Source: Macrostomum lignano
Lineage: Eukaryota
NCBI GenBank assembly: GCA_002269645.1
Contig: NIVC01000046.1
Span: 62,001-126,000 of the forward strand
Direction of reading: 5' to 3'
Length of the DNA stretch: 64,000 nucleotides
The notes under the pieces were generated by a model. That model was given only the letters and a program-made list of their open reading frames with translations. It searched no databases and was not told the origin of the DNA. How positions within the stretch are numbered: position 1 is the stretch's first letter; every line of letters begins with the position of its first letter. A program made the position numbers and the translations under genes. Below are positions 61,061-64,000 of this stretch, one piece after another.

Positions 61061-61729
61061 CAGGATAAAATATTCTTTGAGATTTACCCAACTACAAGCT
61101 GGGCACGCCAGTCACAGTAACATCGGGAATTATTGCAATAAATAAAATAAGCATCAATGGACACAAGTGACTACTGACACGCCAGAACTGTGTTAGCGGG
61201 TAAATATAAGAGATGCAACACAGCAAACTGATTTTCAAGGCTGGTAGGTGCATTATTAGTTATTTATAAACAAGACAAACAAGCGCAAAACTCTGCATAA
61301 TCAGCACGGCAAGCTGTCAAGCTCAACCAATCAATCAAGACGTAAAAAAAAAAAATATGGCAGCAGACCTAGCAGTTGGTTAATATGCTCAGACATGATT
61401 TCTGACGGCCTTTGGTGCATTCCTGGAATATTTTGTGTTAAAAATGAAACATAAAATCAAGAAAAGGAAATCACGTCAAAGCTCCTACTGTTTTAAAGCC
61501 TGGTGGGCATAATTAAAACAAATAGAAATAAATAATGCCAGAGACAGGCAAACAAGATTCTAATAAAGCTTATGATAAATAATAGATAGTATAGAATATG
61601 AAAATAAAGTAAAACTATAAACACTAAGGCATGCTTATATAAAGAGGTGTGCGCTTTCTAGGAAAACACGATTTTTTAAACTGAATGCACTAAAAAATAA
61701 AGAAATATCGATTTTAACAAAATACTTAC

Positions 61730-61781
61730 GCCTCGGCTGCAGCATCACTTGTCGCTTTTTCTCCGGAGGCTTCGATCCGCC
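61730..61781 (-). CDS. PDE8: PDE8 small exon
   Basis: CCTAG acceptor, GGSKPPEKKRQVMLQPR, GTAAG donor; bridges phase 0 to phase 1. Confidence 0.75.
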
Positions 61782-61894
61782 CTAGGAAATAAAATATTTT
61801 TTACAAATACTCGTAAGTTAGCAAAAATGTCCATATTTCTACTAACAGTAGAGTAGTTTGAACTTTTTAGTATTTTTAGCTAGGAAAACCTCAC

Positions 61895-62062
61895 CGTCAT
61901 GAGGCCCCCAACGTAATCTGAGGTCATCTTGTCCTCCTGGGTGCTGGGCAGCTCGCCAGTGTACAGATCAGTAGACTGATGCAGGATCTCCAGCACCCTG
62001 TCAAGGGCCGCGGCCACCGTCGGGTTGCTGTTCTCCTGGGCCACGTTGATCAGGTTGATTAC
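61895..62062 (-). CDS. PDE8: PDE8 exon
   Basis: VINLINVAQENSNPTVAAALDRVLEILHQSTDLYT..DYVGGLMT matches PDE8 VINIINAAQESSPMPVTEALDRVLEILRTTELYS..DLVGGLM. Confidence 0.93.
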
Positions 62063-62199
62063 CTGGGGTAATTAGAAATACAGCATACATAGGCACTATG
62101 AAATTCGAATGTATACAGAGCACAGTGAATTTAAATAAAAATAAGTAGATTACGTGGCACCGGATGTACAGATTCTAACTAACTGATATATGGTCTCTC

Positions 62200-63962
62200 A
62201 GATCTACGATATGAGATCTGTTCTGGAATCAAGGATCTGGGATCAGGAATCTACAATATGAGATCTGTTCTGGAACCAAGGATCTGGGATCAGGAATCTA
62301 CAATATGAGATCTGTTCTGGAACCAAGGATCTGGGATCAGGGATCTACAATATGAGATCGGGGATCTGGGATCTAGGATCTGGGATCTGGGATCTAGGAT
62401 CTGGGATCTAGGATCTGTAATCTAAGATCTGTAATCCAAGATCTGTAATCCAAGATCTGTAATCCAAGATCTGTAATCCAAGATCTGGGATCTACGATCT
62501 GTAATCCAAGATCTGGGATCTACGATCTGGGATCTACGATCTGGGATCTACGATCTGGGATCTACGATCTGGGATCTACGATCTGGGATCTACGATCTGG
62601 GATCTACGATCTGGGATCTACGATCTGGGATCTACGATCTGGGATCTACGATCTGGGATCTACGATCTGGGATCTACGATCTGGGATCTACGATCTGGGA
62701 TCTACGATCTGGGATCTACGATCTGGGATCTACGATCTGGGATCTACGATCTGGGATCTACGATCTGGGATCTACGATCTGGGATCTACGATCTGGGATC
62801 TACGATCTGGGATCTACGATCTGGGATCTACGATCTGGGATCTACGATCTGGGATCTACGATCTGGGATCTACGATCTGGGATCTACGATCTGGGATCTA
62901 CGATCTGGGATCTACGATCTGGGATCTACGATCTGGGATCTACGATCTGGGATCTACGATCTGGGATCTACGATCTGGGATCTACGATCTGGGATCTACG
63001 ATCTGGGATCTACGATCTGGGATCTACGATCTGGGATCTACGATCTGGGATCTACGATCTGGGATCTACGATCTGGGATCTACGATCTGGGATCTACGAT
63101 CTGGGATCTACGATCTGGGATCTACGATCTGGGATCTACGATCTGGGATCTACGATCTGGGATCTACGATCTGGGATCTACGATCTGGGATCTACGATCT
63201 GGGATCTACGATCTGGGATCTACGATCTGGGATCTACGATCTGGGATCTACGATCTGGGATCTACGATCTGGGATCTACGATCTGGGATCTACGATCTGG
63301 GATCTACGATCTGGGATCTACGATCTGGGATCTACGATCTGGGATCTACGATCTGGGATCTACGATCTGGGATCTACGATCTGGGATCTACGATCTGGGA
63401 TCTACGATCTGGGATCTACGATCTGGGATCTACGATCTGGGATCTACGATCTGGGATCTACGATCTGGGATCTACGATCTGGGATCTACGATCTGGGATC
63501 TACGATCTGGGATCTACGATCTGGGATCTACGATCTGGGATCTACGATCTGGGATCTACGATCTAGGATCTACGATCTGGGATCTACGATCTGGGATCTA
63601 CGATCTGGGATCTACGATCTGGGATCTACGATCTGGGATCTACGATCTGGGATCTACGATCTGGGATCTACGATCTGGGATCTACGATCTGGGATCTACG
63701 ATCTGGGATCTACGATCTGGGATCTACGATCTGGGATCTACGATCTGGGATCTACGATCTGGGATCTACGATCTGGGATCTACGATCTGGGATCTACGAT
63801 CTGGGATCTACGATCTGGGATCTACGATCTGGGATCTACGATCTGGGATCTACGATCTGGGATCTACGATCTGGGATCTACGATCTGGGATCTACGATCT
63901 GGGATCTACGATCTGGGATCTACGATCTGGGATCACGATCTGGGATCTACAATCTGGGATCT
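62200..63962. repeat. GATCT-based array; homogeneous 14-bp unit (GGGATCTACGATCT) about 100 times from about 62505
   Basis: Period 14 read directly. Confidence 0.97.
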
Positions 63963-63983
63963 CACTCCAGCCGGCATTCTCAC

Positions 63984-64000
63984 CTTGTGAATCGGTGCCT
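63984..64000 (-). CDS. PDE8: PDE8 exon, 3' end only (runs off the window)
   Basis: (E)APIHK|GTGAG joins VINLIN, matching PDE8 EAPITKVINI. Confidence 0.8.

Overview
Eukaryotic, repeat-saturated genomic DNA: GC-rich exons sit in AT-rich spacers and there are more than 30 tandem arrays. The style resembles a free-living flatworm such as Macrostomum; this is an inference, not a database result. I reconstructed six protein-coding genes by hand from splice sites and phase: an intronless KChIP/NCS-type EF-hand gene, 3-exon UBL3, 3-exon SUDS3, a 13-exon orphan coiled-coil gene, a 3-exon secreted double cystine-knot precursor, and the 3' seven exons of PDE8. Also present are a 7SL/SRP RNA gene, a near-complete RNase H-bearing LOA/R1-type LINE inserted in a (GTCT)n microsatellite, a TTAA-flanked long-TIR element, a probable WSC/PAN pseudogene, and a 296-bp hAT MITE. 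Top leads: (1) the hAT MITE carries a 64-nt 28S rRNA fragment centred on the R2 target site, with its mismatches clustered at the cut site; (2) the LINE may be microsatellite-targeted, with tail/target microhomology and a double stop-start ORF junction; (3) the toxin- or neuropeptide-like knottin precursor; (4) almost every long intron is a short intron inflated by its own minisatellite, several built from splice-site-like units. Most long ORFs in the supplied track are repeat artefacts.
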